Part shown: in pieces, positions 9,261 through 18,588 of the stretch
Layout: every line of letters begins with the position of its first letter
Position numbering within the stretch: the first letter of the stretch is position 1
NCBI GenBank assembly: GCA_051532055.1
Contig: JAOPTX010000008.1
Location: 169,902 to 195,997 of the forward strand
Source: Fibrobacterales bacterium
Lineage (GTDB): Bacteria > Fibrobacterota > Fibrobacteria > Fibrobacterales > JAOPTW01
Reading direction: 5' to 3'
DNA: 26,096 bases
The notes under the pieces: generated by a model
Database searches by the model: none
Told to the model about the DNA's origin: nothing
What the model saw: only the letters and a program-made list of their open reading frames with translations
Position numbers and translations under genes: made by a program

Positions 9261-9298
9261 GTGAGAATTCTTTAATAGCACCTCTAAGAATCTCTCAC
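9261..9298. terminator. Imperfect stem-loop directly after the oxidoreductase stop codon
   Basis: GTGAGA-ATTCTT ... AAGAAT-C-TCTCAC; no clear U tract. Confidence 0.3.
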
Positions 9299-10873
9299 CT
9301 ATTTCTCTTTTTGAGCCATCCACGCCAGTCGAACGCCATCTGCTGCACTACTCACAATTCCACCAGAATACCCAGCACCTTCACCGAGGGGAAAGAGGCC
9401 TTTAATATTCACAGATTCCATGGTCAGGTCATGTCGAAGAACCCTAATGGGTGATGAGGTACGTGTTTCGGGGCTTACCATTATGCCATTTTTTATATAA
9501 CCAGGAATTTTATGCTCAAACTCTTGCATGCCAAACTGTAGTGCTTTAACCAATTCTTCAGGGAAAAGCTCATCCATCCCAAAGCTTTTAAGCCCACAGG
9601 GATAACTCGTTTTGGGTAGGTCCTTACTCACACGACCTTCAATAAAATCATCAATGCGTTGAGCAGGAGCAGTATAATCACCACCACCCACTTCAAAGGC
9701 CCGTTGCTCTAATTCTCTTTGAAAATTAACTCCCCAAAAGAGATCATCACTTTTCGGCTCTACCTGAACAATAATACCAGAATTTGCAAAAGGTGCAGAC
9801 CTTCTTGAATAACTCATACCATTAGTGGCGAGTTCACCTGGCTCAGTTGCACAAGGAACCAATACACCACCAGGGCACATGCAAAATGAGTAGGCAACCC
9901 CAACATCAGCAAATTCACCCCTAGGTTTTGACTTCAATACATATTCTGCTGGCCCTACAGCCTTTATGTCAATATGAGCATCATATTGATTACCATTGAT
10001 GAGTGCTTGAGGGTGCTCTGCCCTGGTTCCAACTGCGAATGTTTTCTGTTCCATCGCAACACCATTATCATGAAGCATCTCGAACACATCACGGGCTGAA
10101 TGCCCGGCAGCCATAACGAGTGCTTCACAAGGAATCCAATCATCATTAACTTTAATTTGAGAAACCGAACCATCGGTAACCTTCATATCACTTACATAGG
10201 CTTCAAAACGGTATTCTACTCCAAGCTCTAATAACTTCTCTCGTAAGTTCATTACAATAAACTGAAGCTTATCCGTACCAATATGAGCCTTACTCAAATA
10301 TTTTACTTCATCAACCGCACCACATTCGACAAAATCGTTGAGTACCGTTTGAGTGAATGTATTTCGGGTTCGCGATGTTAATTTACCATCACTAAAAGTA
10401 CCGGCTCCCCCTTCTCCATAGAGTACATTACCCTTCGGATCAAGAGTTCGCTGTTTAAAAAGCTGGCGAATCCCTTTAAATCGCTCTTGAATGGGTTTAC
10501 CCCGTTCATACAGAGAAACTTTAAATCCTTTTTTAGCCAAGTGATAAGCTGCCCACAATCCGGCAGGGCCAGATCCTACAACATGAACATGGTCTGCCAT
10601 TGGTACGGTATTGGCAATTCCAGCTTCAGGAACTGGTTTATCAGTATTCTTGATAGAGAGGTTTTTCTGTTCACGAATTTGTTTTTCGAGAGAAAACTCA
10701 ACATTACAAACCCATGAAGGTCTATGGCCCTTACGTGCATCCAGAGACATACGGAGAATCGTAAGATCCGCAATGTATTTTGCAGGGACACTAATACGAC
10801 GTGCCAATGCTTTAAGAACATCTTCCCGCTTATTAAGCGGTACTTTTAATTGATTGAAGGTATATTTGATCAT
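9299..10873 (-). CDS. NAD(P)/FAD-dependent oxidoreductase (COG2509-type, function unknown)
   Basis: Motifs VVGSGPAGL, GEGGAGTFSDGKL, HIGTD, GHSARD, SFCMCPGG, ETRTSSP and GEGAGYSGGIVSSAADG. Confidence 0.9.
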   Translation of the reverse strand: MIKYTFNQLKVPLNKREDVLKALARRISVPAKYIADLTILRMSLDARKGHRPSWVCNVEFSLEKQIREQKNLSIKNTDKPVPEAGIANTVPMADHVHVVGSGPAGLWAAYHLAKKGFKVSLYERGKPIQERFKGIRQLFKQRTLDPKGNVLYGEGGAGTFSDGKLTSRTRNTFTQTVLNDFVECGAVDEVKYLSKAHIGTDKLQFIVMNLREKLLELGVEYRFEAYVSDMKVTDGSVSQIKVNDDWIPCEALVMAAGHSARDVFEMLHDNGVAMEQKTFAVGTRAEHPQALINGNQYDAHIDIKAVGPAEYVLKSKPRGEFADVGVAYSFCMCPGGVLVPCATEPGELATNGMSYSRRSAPFANSGIIVQVEPKSDDLFWGVNFQRELEQRAFEVGGGDYTAPAQRIDDFIEGRVSKDLPKTSYPCGLKSFGMDELFPEELVKALQFGMQEFEHKIPGYIKNGIMVSPETRTSSPIRVLRHDLTMESVNIKGLFPLGEGAGYSGGIVSSAADGVRLAWMAQKEK

Positions 10874-10994
10874 GCTCTACTATATACTTTCTTTTCACCA
10901 GATTTTGGTAAGAGAAGAGTACCTATTATAAGTTAAATGTTATTTTCTACAACTTCATACAATCCTGAGAGTAACGAGCTAGCGCATTGACCAA

Positions 10995-11933
10995 CTACCC
11001 CTCAATACTATATACTTCTGAACCTTTTTGTATCGTTTCGATAAGACCAACCGCCGCTTCCACTTCGCTCTTTTTAATAGCAACACTCTCAACATTAAAT
11101 CCAAAAGGAATTTCTTGTGCTGTACAAAATGAGCGTAGTTCATCAATTACCTCATCACAATATTTCAATGATTGAGAAAGCATATCATCACCATTCATAA
11201 GTATCGATCTCACATCATCTGGAATTGAAATCCCGAGCCACTCCATAAATTCCAGGGTTTTATTCGATCCACAAGGACTGATCGTAAAAATAATGGGTAC
11301 AATTGGCAGGCCCCCTGATACAAATCGACTTTTATAATCAGCCAAAGCGTTCAAAGCCTTCGGTATATCATAGACCATCTGAGTCACAAAAAAAGAGACT
11401 CCATTGAGGACTTTTTTAAGCATACGATCAGGTTCATCACCGAGAACAGCATGTCGCTCTGGAATCATAACTGCACCCAATAATAGCTCCGGTGCATACC
11501 GCTCTTTAATAATATAGGCATCTTCAAGAGTCATAGTAACCTCTTGGTCACTAGAAGCCATCCCGACAAACACTGCAGCTCCTCCACTATTTTCAGCCTT
11601 TTGAACCCATGATTTTAATTCACAATCACTGTATTTACCAACACATTTATAGAACAAGGGTGAGAGACCCGATGAATTAAGATGCTTTGTATAATAATCA
11701 ATAGGGTCAATTGACGCCATATAGGGAAATGGGCGTGGTTTACTGGTTCGGGTTTTCTCATCTTGCACATCATATAATATGAGCCCATTAAGATCTCGCC
11801 CCGAAACTCTGCCTAACAAGCGGTCTGCAGCTTCAGTTATTTTATCGTCTGCTGCTCCCACTTTAGGCGGTGTCATTCCGTAGAGAATAATATTTGAATC
11901 ACCACTTTTAATTTTTTCAATGAATGTTTTCAT
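10995..11933 (-). CDS. Methylenetetrahydrofolate reductase-family protein, non-canonical type
   Basis: Motifs YGMTPPK, LYDVQDE, RPFPY, IPERH, FFVTQMVYD and LEFMEWLGI; 13 nt downstream of the MetH activation-domain ORF; start placed at MKTF. Confidence 0.7.
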   Translation of the reverse strand: MKTFIEKIKSGDSNIILYGMTPPKVGAADDKITEAADRLLGRVSGRDLNGLILYDVQDEKTRTSKPRPFPYMASIDPIDYYTKHLNSSGLSPLFYKCVGKYSDCELKSWVQKAENSGGAAVFVGMASSDQEVTMTLEDAYIIKERYAPELLLGAVMIPERHAVLGDEPDRMLKKVLNGVSFFVTQMVYDIPKALNALADYKSRFVSGGLPIVPIIFTISPCGSNKTLEFMEWLGISIPDDVRSILMNGDDMLSQSLKYCDEVIDELRSFCTAQEIPFGFNVESVAIKKSEVEAAVGLIETIQKGSEVYSIEG

Positions 11934-11946
11934 AACGACCCTTGTA

Positions 11947-12861
11947 TCAATAACTGAGATTTGGTCCAAGCCACCGTTCGGCAGTCTCAATGTCCCACCC
12001 TTTTCTACGGGCATAATCTTCAACTTGATCTTTATTGATTTTTCCTACTGAGAAATACTTTGACTGTTCATGAGCAAAAAACCACCCACAGACTGAAGCT
12101 GCAGGAATCATCATATAACTTTCAGTCATTTCGATACCCAATTTTCCCGGCTGTAGTAACTCCCACAGTTTTGCTTTCTCAGTATGATCTGGGCACGCTG
12201 GATAGCCAGGAGCCGGTCGTATCCCCTGATATTTCTCTTTTATAAACTTTTCATTGTCAAATGCTTCACCTTGAGCATATCCCCAATACTTGGTACGCAT
12301 GAGAAAATGCATTCGCTCGGCGAGCGCTTCTGCCAATCGATCAGAAATAGTCTGGAGCAAAATTGCATCGTAATCACGATTATCTGCCTTAATTTTCGCT
12401 GCAAGTTCGTCAGCATTAAAACCACCTGAGACCGCAAAAGCACCAATATGATCTTTAAGCCCTGTATGTTTTGGCGCAACAAAATCAGAAAGACAGTAAT
12501 TAGGTTTACCATCAGTCCGCTTTTGTTGCTGACGAAGGTGATGTAAATTCATACGTACTTCTGTTCGACTTGAATCTGTATACACTTCGATATCATTATC
12601 CACTGAATTTGCCGGAAATATTCCCACAACTGCTTTTGCCCAAATTAATTTTTCATCAACAATGCGATCCAACAGGTTTCGAGAGTCCTCCATCAACGTT
12701 GCCGCTTCATCTTTTAGATCTGGATGCCGTAAGATGTCTGGATACCTGCACTTAAGGCCCCAAGCATGAAAAAAATAAGTCCAGTCGATAAAGGGAATAA
12801 TATCTTTAACGGGAACATCTTCTAGGTAGATTACTTCTTTTTCTTTTGGTTCATATATCAT
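11947..12861 (-). CDS. metH: B12-dependent methionine synthase, SAM-binding activation domain (separate ORF)
   Basis: Motifs IDWTYFF, HHLRQQ, CLSDFVAP, DRLAEALAE, GIRPAPGYPACPDHTEK and PAASVCG; ATG lies 2 nt after the upstream TAA. Confidence 0.92.
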   Translation of the reverse strand: MIYEPKEKEVIYLEDVPVKDIIPFIDWTYFFHAWGLKCRYPDILRHPDLKDEAATLMEDSRNLLDRIVDEKLIWAKAVVGIFPANSVDNDIEVYTDSSRTEVRMNLHHLRQQQKRTDGKPNYCLSDFVAPKHTGLKDHIGAFAVSGGFNADELAAKIKADNRDYDAILLQTISDRLAEALAERMHFLMRTKYWGYAQGEAFDNEKFIKEKYQGIRPAPGYPACPDHTEKAKLWELLQPGKLGIEMTESYMMIPAASVCGWFFAHEQSKYFSVGKINKDQVEDYARRKGWDIETAERWLGPNLSY

Positions 12862-12863
12862 TG

Positions 12864-15617
12864 TTACCACTCAATATCAGGTTTGTTTTCTTTCGCTTCA
12901 TCGAGAGAAACAGTCTCTATTTTCTTGTATTTGGCATTGTGAGCATCACGAGATTTCTGTTGTTGCTCCTTGATGTCATTTACGTAAGCCGTTCTCCTAT
13001 CAGCACTTAAAACACTATCGAGCACAGTGATACTCCGCGAAGCATCAGCGACATATATAACAGGTCCAGAATATACAGGAGCTATTTTAACCGCAGTGTG
13101 TGCCTTAGAGGTTGTCGCTCCTCCAATGAGTAATGGTATATTGAGTCCCTTTTTCTCCATTTCCTTAGCCACAGTAACCATTTCATCGAGGGAAGGGGTT
13201 ATGAGTCCAGAAAGACCTATAATATCTACATCGTTCTCTATTGCCGTTTTTATGACTTTTTCCCAAGGGCACATGACGCCAGTATCAATAACTTCATAGT
13301 TATTACACCCCATAACAACACCAACAATATTTTTTCCGATATCGTGCACATCGCCTTTTACCGTCGCCATAAGAATTTTTCCTGCTGAAGATGAAGCCCC
13401 ATCCTCTTTCTCGGCTTCGAGATACGGTTGCAAAACGCCAACAGCCTTTTTCATAACTCTCGCTGTTTTAACAACTTGCGGCAAGAACATCTTTCCCGAC
13501 CCAAAAAGATCACCCACAGTATCCATTCCAGACATTAACGGACCTTCAATCACATGGATTGGCCGTTTATACTTTTCAAAGGCTTCCATTGTGTCTTCTT
13601 CAATAAACTTATCGACACCTTTAATCAGTGAATGAGCGAGCCTTTCTTCTATTGTCCCTGTACGCCATTCATCCTTTTTCGTATCATCCCCTCCGACTTC
13701 ACCTTTTACCTGTTCTGCGTAATCCACTAATTTTTCAGTAACTTCCGGGTATCGGTTAAAAACAGCATCTTCAATAAGGTCACGAAATTCTTTGTCAATA
13801 TCATCATACATTACCGACATTCCTGGATTCACAATCCCTGAATCCATCCCCTCTTTAATTGCATAATACAGAAATACTGAGTGCATAGATTCACGAACAA
13901 AATTATTTCCTCGGAACGAGAAAGAAACATTGCTCACCCCACCCGTTACATGAGCATGGGGCAGATTTTGTTTAATAAAGGTTACGCTATCTATAAAATC
14001 TTTTGCGTAATTATTATGTTCTTCAATACCGGTTGCAATAGTCAATACATTTGGGTCAAAAAAGATGTCCTCTGCAGGGAACCCAACTTCTTCTGTAAGA
14101 ATCTTATATTGACGACTAATCACCTCTTTTCGACGCTCTAGTGAGTCTGCTTGACCATTTTCATCAAAAGCCATTGCAACAATTGCCGCACCATATCTCA
14201 GTGCAAGCTTTGCTCTTCTCTTAAACTCGTCTTCACCCTCTTTGAGACTGATTGAGTTAATAATACATTTCCCTTGGACACATTTAAGTCCGGCCTCTAT
14301 CACTTCCCATTTTGACGAATCGATCATTATTGGACATTTCGCAACATCAGGTTCTGCCATGAGGAGATTTAGAAAACGAGTCATTACCGCCTCAGAGTCG
14401 ATCATCCCTTCATCAAGATTCACATCAATAACCTGAGCACCATTCTCAACTTGATCAATTGCAATTGCTACTGCTTCTTCGTATTTCTCTTCGCGAATGA
14501 GGCGAGCGAATTTGCGAGAACCCATTATATTAGTTCTCTCACCAATATTGATAAAATTTGCTTCTTTAGTAATTGCAAGTGGCTCAAGGCCACTCAAATG
14601 ACAGATATGTTTATTTTGAGCGGGTACCCGAGGTGGTTTACCCGCAACTGTTTCTGCAATAACATTAATATGATCGGGAGTAGTACCGCAGCACCCGCCC
14701 ACGATATTGAGAAGGTTATTATCGGTAAAATCATCAATAAGTGCTGCCATATATTTTGGAGACTGGTCATATTCACCAAATTCATTGGGAAGACCAGCAT
14801 TCGGGTGTGCAGAGATATAACAGTTTGCTCTATTTGAAAGTTCCTGAATATGAGGACGCATCTCTTCGGCACCCAAAGCACAATTCAAGCCAATACTAAA
14901 AAGGTCGGCATGTTGGAGTGAGTGCCAAAATGCTCCAGCAGTTTGACCCGAAAGCGTTCTTCCGCTCGCATCGGTAATTGTTCCAGAAACCATAACGGGA
15001 TATCGAACCCCCTTATCTTCACAATATTTATCAATAGCAAAGAGTGCCGCTTTACAGTTAAGAGTATCAAACACCGTTTCAACCATCAATAAATCAGAAC
15101 CACCGTCCACGAGACCTTCAGTCTGCTCATAATAAGCCGTAACAAGCTCATCAAAGGTTACCGCTCTATACCCGGGATCATTCACATCGGGAGACATACT
15201 CGCTGTTTTACTTGTAGGACCAAGAGTCCCCACTACAAAACGAGGTTTTTCAGGTGTTATATCAGTATATTTTTGAGCCGCTTTTTTAGCTGCTTCTGCT
15301 GCAGCCTTATTGATATCATAAACGTAAGCCTCACAGGCATAATCTGCCTGGGAAATTGTTGTTGCATTAAATGAGTTCGTCTCAATAAGGTCAGCGCCAG
15401 CCTCAAGATACCGTTCATGAACCGCTTGAATCACATCAGGACGTGTAAGACACAGTAAGTCATTATTACCTTGGAGGTCTTGCGGATGATCTTTAAATTG
15501 ATCGCCACGGAAATCATCTTCTGATAGACCAAAGCCTTGAATCTGAGTTCCTGTTGCTCCATCCAAAATAAGGATGCGCTCTTTTAAAATCTTATGTAAC
15601 TGATCTATTGTACTCAT
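12864..15617 (-). CDS. metH: B12-dependent methionine synthase: homocysteine, folate, cap and cobalamin domains
   Basis: Motifs [29 protein letters not shown] and [21 protein letters not shown] before the ATG at 15617; ends before the activation domain. Confidence 0.97.
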   Translation of the reverse strand: MSTIDQLHKILKERILILDGATGTQIQGFGLSEDDFRGDQFKDHPQDLQGNNDLLCLTRPDVIQAVHERYLEAGADLIETNSFNATTISQADYACEAYVYDINKAAAEAAKKAAQKYTDITPEKPRFVVGTLGPTSKTASMSPDVNDPGYRAVTFDELVTAYYEQTEGLVDGGSDLLMVETVFDTLNCKAALFAIDKYCEDKGVRYPVMVSGTITDASGRTLSGQTAGAFWHSLQHADLFSIGLNCALGAEEMRPHIQELSNRANCYISAHPNAGLPNEFGEYDQSPKYMAALIDDFTDNNLLNIVGGCCGTTPDHINVIAETVAGKPPRVPAQNKHICHLSGLEPLAITKEANFINIGERTNIMGSRKFARLIREEKYEEAVAIAIDQVENGAQVIDVNLDEGMIDSEAVMTRFLNLLMAEPDVAKCPIMIDSSKWEVIEAGLKCVQGKCIINSISLKEGEDEFKRRAKLALRYGAAIVAMAFDENGQADSLERRKEVISRQYKILTEEVGFPAEDIFFDPNVLTIATGIEEHNNYAKDFIDSVTFIKQNLPHAHVTGGVSNVSFSFRGNNFVRESMHSVFLYYAIKEGMDSGIVNPGMSVMYDDIDKEFRDLIEDAVFNRYPEVTEKLVDYAEQVKGEVGGDDTKKDEWRTGTIEERLAHSLIKGVDKFIEEDTMEAFEKYKRPIHVIEGPLMSGMDTVGDLFGSGKMFLPQVVKTARVMKKAVGVLQPYLEAEKEDGASSSAGKILMATVKGDVHDIGKNIVGVVMGCNNYEVIDTGVMCPWEKVIKTAIENDVDIIGLSGLITPSLDEMVTVAKEMEKKGLNIPLLIGGATTSKAHTAVKIAPVYSGPVIYVADASRSITVLDSVLSADRRTAYVNDIKEQQQKSRDAHNAKYKKIETVSLDEAKENKPDIEW

Positions 15618-15636
15618 TATTATCACCTGAAAAGCT

Positions 15637-15677
15637 TTTATGCAAATATACGCATAAACGCATTACTTTGCAAAGTA
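15637..15677 (-). promoter_or_regulatory. metH promoter overlapped by two inverted repeats
   Basis: Minus-strand TTGCAA (15668-15673)-17-TATATT (15645-15650); palindrome TACTTTGCAAAGTA and repeat TTTATGC-N8-GCATAAA. Confidence 0.6.
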
Positions 15678-15832
15678 TTAAACTACTGTTTCTGGTAAAA
15701 AATAGAAAAGTACAACTTTAAACGTGCTGAAATGGGTAGGTAAGGCACCTCCTCAACAATTGAGTACAAGTTTTAACGGTATCATTCCATCACATTTACT
15801 TAAAAGAATTGAGCGTTAAGGGATGACTTCGT

Positions 15833-16456
15833 CTAAAGACTTCCAAAATGCTTCATAAAATGGTATGCCCCAAAGGCACAGCCAACTACAGCAAAAAATA
15901 TGAGAATAATCATCATAGAAATGGTAGAAGCTGAAAGCCCCTTAACCGGAGTATCATCAACGATCATTACACTATTTACATAGTCATTAGGAAGGTCTTG
16001 AGCTTGTTGAGGTATTGGATTTTGAGATACGGTTTGAGTTACTTTTTCAACGCGTTCAGTAACAACAGAATGTTCCATACCTGCAGTATTAGGCATAAAG
16101 GGTTCACTTATTTGTTGACGAGCATCACCATGAGAAATCATTTGTTCTGAGGCACTTTCAGGTTGATGATGATTCATACTTATTACAGAACGTTTCTTTT
16201 TGGGGAATGCAAAAACCGACTTCCCCATTCCGGCCGAAGGTGTTCGCACGGGAAGTACCCCAATATTAACTTTTTGGCATCCAGAACAAATAAGGGCCAA
16301 TGAATCATTGTAGACCTGAAGTTTTGCATATTCAGTAGAGCGATCTGTGGGGCTCAAGCCTGCAAGACCTGGATCATTCCATGAAGAGCACTGTTCAAAA
16401 TCTTCTACTGTTTCTGTATCACAAGAGGGACATCTTACCGTAACAGGTTTCTTCAT
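15833..16456 (-). CDS. Hypothetical membrane-anchored protein with a putative N-terminal Zn ribbon
   Basis: CPSC...CSGC pair, polar linker and a C-terminal hydrophobic helix; GAAGG SD before MKKP. Confidence 0.7.
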   Translation of the reverse strand: MKKPVTVRCPSCDTETVEDFEQCSSWNDPGLAGLSPTDRSTEYAKLQVYNDSLALICSGCQKVNIGVLPVRTPSAGMGKSVFAFPKKKRSVISMNHHQPESASEQMISHGDARQQISEPFMPNTAGMEHSVVTERVEKVTQTVSQNPIPQQAQDLPNDYVNSVMIVDDTPVKGLSASTISMMIILIFFAVVGCAFGAYHFMKHFGSL

Positions 16457-16668
16457 GATCTTACCTTCACACAAAACGATTACTTTATTTGAAATGTAAC
16501 GAATGAATTTTGAATGTAAAGTGTCCACTCCTAATTAACTATCAAAATTGAAGAGTTTGTGTTGAATGTGCAAATAAAAGGAGACATCTTCAGTTGTAAG
16601 TAATGTCGATACAAGAAGAACTAATTTTTTCAGGGGCACCCTTTTTATAATTGTTATAGAAACACAGC

Positions 16669-16696
16669 GTTTCAATTCTGTTTCATTATTGTTTCA
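16669..16696. repeat. Three GTTTCA direct repeats with 11-bp period (candidate regulator site)
   Basis: GTTTCA at 16669, 16680 and 16691. Confidence 0.5.
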
Positions 16697-16838
16697 TGTA
16701 ATTTAGCCTTAATAAAAACATTAATTTCATTTGATTCAAATAAAAAAGGCTTAACTTCGTTATAATTCACTATTAATCATGCACTAACATTCTGAGTGAA
16801 TTCAAGTATTTTTAATGGGTTGATGACTTACTTAGAAA

Positions 16839-18353
16839 TTAGGGTTGCGTTAAAATAATGAGACGACATTGTCTATTTTCGAACAGAATATTCTCTTCTC
16901 GCATGTGAACCAGATAAGCATGGCCGGACACAGGATTCAATAGCATGTCATGTGGTGTCGCAGGTTCAATAACCTTTTCAAAAAAGGATTGTACTCCTTG
17001 AGAAAATTGTTGCGATGAAGCTAATCCCAGCATTGATAACCCATGGGGGTTGATAAACTGCACACCTCCAGAATGGGAGTCAGATACTATTACTCCAATG
17101 GGTAAAGCACCAAAAATTGTTTTGAGTTCATTCAACTGTCGTTCTTGAGTATAGCGCAAATCATGAACTTCATTGCGAACAACATTCATCATATCATTAA
17201 GTTGGTACAATGGGTTTTGTGGTGAAAGGAGCTGCGTATTTTTTGGCAATTCAATTTTTATTTCAGAATCTACTTGTGTGTCATCCCAAAGAAGCTTTGC
17301 AAAGAAAGAGTTCGTTTCATCAATATCAGATTGAGAAATCATAAACTGCCGATCTTTGCCTACTTGACTCATGTTTTCTGCATTTAAGATCGCTTCAATT
17401 CCCTGCTCAAATGACTTGACAAAAAGAATCGGGAATTTTTCTCGTTTTGCAAAAATCTTAATATAGACCTGCATAAAAAAAGGTGCATTAAATATATATG
17501 CACTTCGTACAGCGCATTTGTACTTCGAATTAAAAACCCGAAGACTATCGGCATATATTTTTCTTACTCGTGAAGAGACCGCACCAATATTTCCATAATC
17601 AACAATTCGATAATAATTACTTCCTGTAAAAGAACCATCTTTGAATGCAGTTTCAAGACAATTCATCGCACCAAAAGCATCTTGTACAGTCGGCTTTCCT
17701 TGTATGGATGAGTATAGAACCTTACCGGGGATTACTGCACTTTTGTAACAAAACTCACTGTGGGGGTTAAAGTATTTCCAATTTGAGTTGTACTCAAGAG
17801 CATTAACATCAAGATCTATAAGTGGTTTTCGGTACTTAAATGACTCTAATAGATTCTCTGCTCCGGTAATCGCACTGAGTAGTGAATTGCTATTTGTAAA
17901 CTGTGTAGCGATACGGTATGTTTTAAACCCAATACTAGTAATCGCCCTGAGCCACAAAGGGGTATTACAAAATATTACACCTGCTTTTTGCACTTGATGA
18001 TCAAGAAGATACTGCTTCTGATATTTTATTTCATAACTGGGAGGTCTACCTTTAAGGTTTTTAAAATCACGGATCTCAATATACGGCAGTTTTACTTCTG
18101 CTTTTTTTATGAATGCTTCGACCAATTCATAGTATCGACGCATATTAGTTACATCCATATTGCCACTATTTGCTATATAGACAATTGAATCACCTAGTTT
18201 ACGAATATTTGAGTAATACTTTTGAGCAATAGGAACAGCTAAAAACTCTTCAAGTTCAGTAACCTTGAGCCCGGAAAGGGTATCAATGTACTCCCGTTTA
18301 CCATCAATAAAAGGGAGTACATTAACGGGTATTTTACTTAATTCCATATTCAC
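16839..18353 (-). CDS. Hypothetical cytoplasmic sensor-like protein: two STAS/SEC14-like repeats, a coiled coil and a C-terminal PAS-like domain
   Basis: 504 aa ORF; repeats IRDF..IFCNTP and IVDY..YIFNAP; the segment LKTIFGALPIGVIVSD...QFINP resembles the start of a PAS domain. Confidence 0.6.
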   Translation of the reverse strand: MNMELSKIPVNVLPFIDGKREYIDTLSGLKVTELEEFLAVPIAQKYYSNIRKLGDSIVYIANSGNMDVTNMRRYYELVEAFIKKAEVKLPYIEIRDFKNLKGRPPSYEIKYQKQYLLDHQVQKAGVIFCNTPLWLRAITSIGFKTYRIATQFTNSNSLLSAITGAENLLESFKYRKPLIDLDVNALEYNSNWKYFNPHSEFCYKSAVIPGKVLYSSIQGKPTVQDAFGAMNCLETAFKDGSFTGSNYYRIVDYGNIGAVSSRVRKIYADSLRVFNSKYKCAVRSAYIFNAPFFMQVYIKIFAKREKFPILFVKSFEQGIEAILNAENMSQVGKDRQFMISQSDIDETNSFFAKLLWDDTQVDSEIKIELPKNTQLLSPQNPLYQLNDMMNVVRNEVHDLRYTQERQLNELKTIFGALPIGVIVSDSHSGGVQFINPHGLSMLGLASSQQFSQGVQSFFEKVIEPATPHDMLLNPVSGHAYLVHMREENILFENRQCRLIILTQP

Positions 18354-18588
18354 AGATATTTAAACCCAGATTAAATAAATTTATTTTTTTTCAACATAAT
18401 GCATTACTCATATACTATAGCATATTGATAAGTCAAGTTCAAGAATCAGACTAATATACTCCATAATATTTAGATCCTTTTCGGTCGATTTCAGCAGCCA
18501 TTATTTACCTCAACAGAGATCAAATAATTGAGGTACTTTACTCAAAGTTATGGTACACTAAAGAAGAACCCATAACCTAAATACTCAT

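Noticed and set aside
11934..12023. Long overlap of the MTHFR-like ORF with metH, and similar extended starts for argJ, GH16, DUF3347-like, ccoP and the Zn-ribbon gene
   Set aside because: These are longest-ORF artefacts; downstream ATGs fit better with SD position, signal peptides or family N-termini.
12861..12900. Programmed -1 frameshift joining the metH ORFs
   Set aside because: The downstream frame has a TGA immediately before GTG 12870, so the upstream A-rich runs cannot be used, and no slippery heptamer lies in the overlap.
14641..14651. CCCGCAACTGT, resembling part of a cobalamin riboswitch
   Set aside because: It lies inside the metH CDS on the antisense strand, and the other riboswitch elements are absent.
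15779..15797. CRP-like half site (AAATGTGA on the minus strand)
   Set aside because: The second half does not match TCACA.
15627..15832. SAM or B12 riboswitch upstream of metH
   Set aside because: No recognisable consensus, and the predicted promoter leaves a leader of only about 20 nt.
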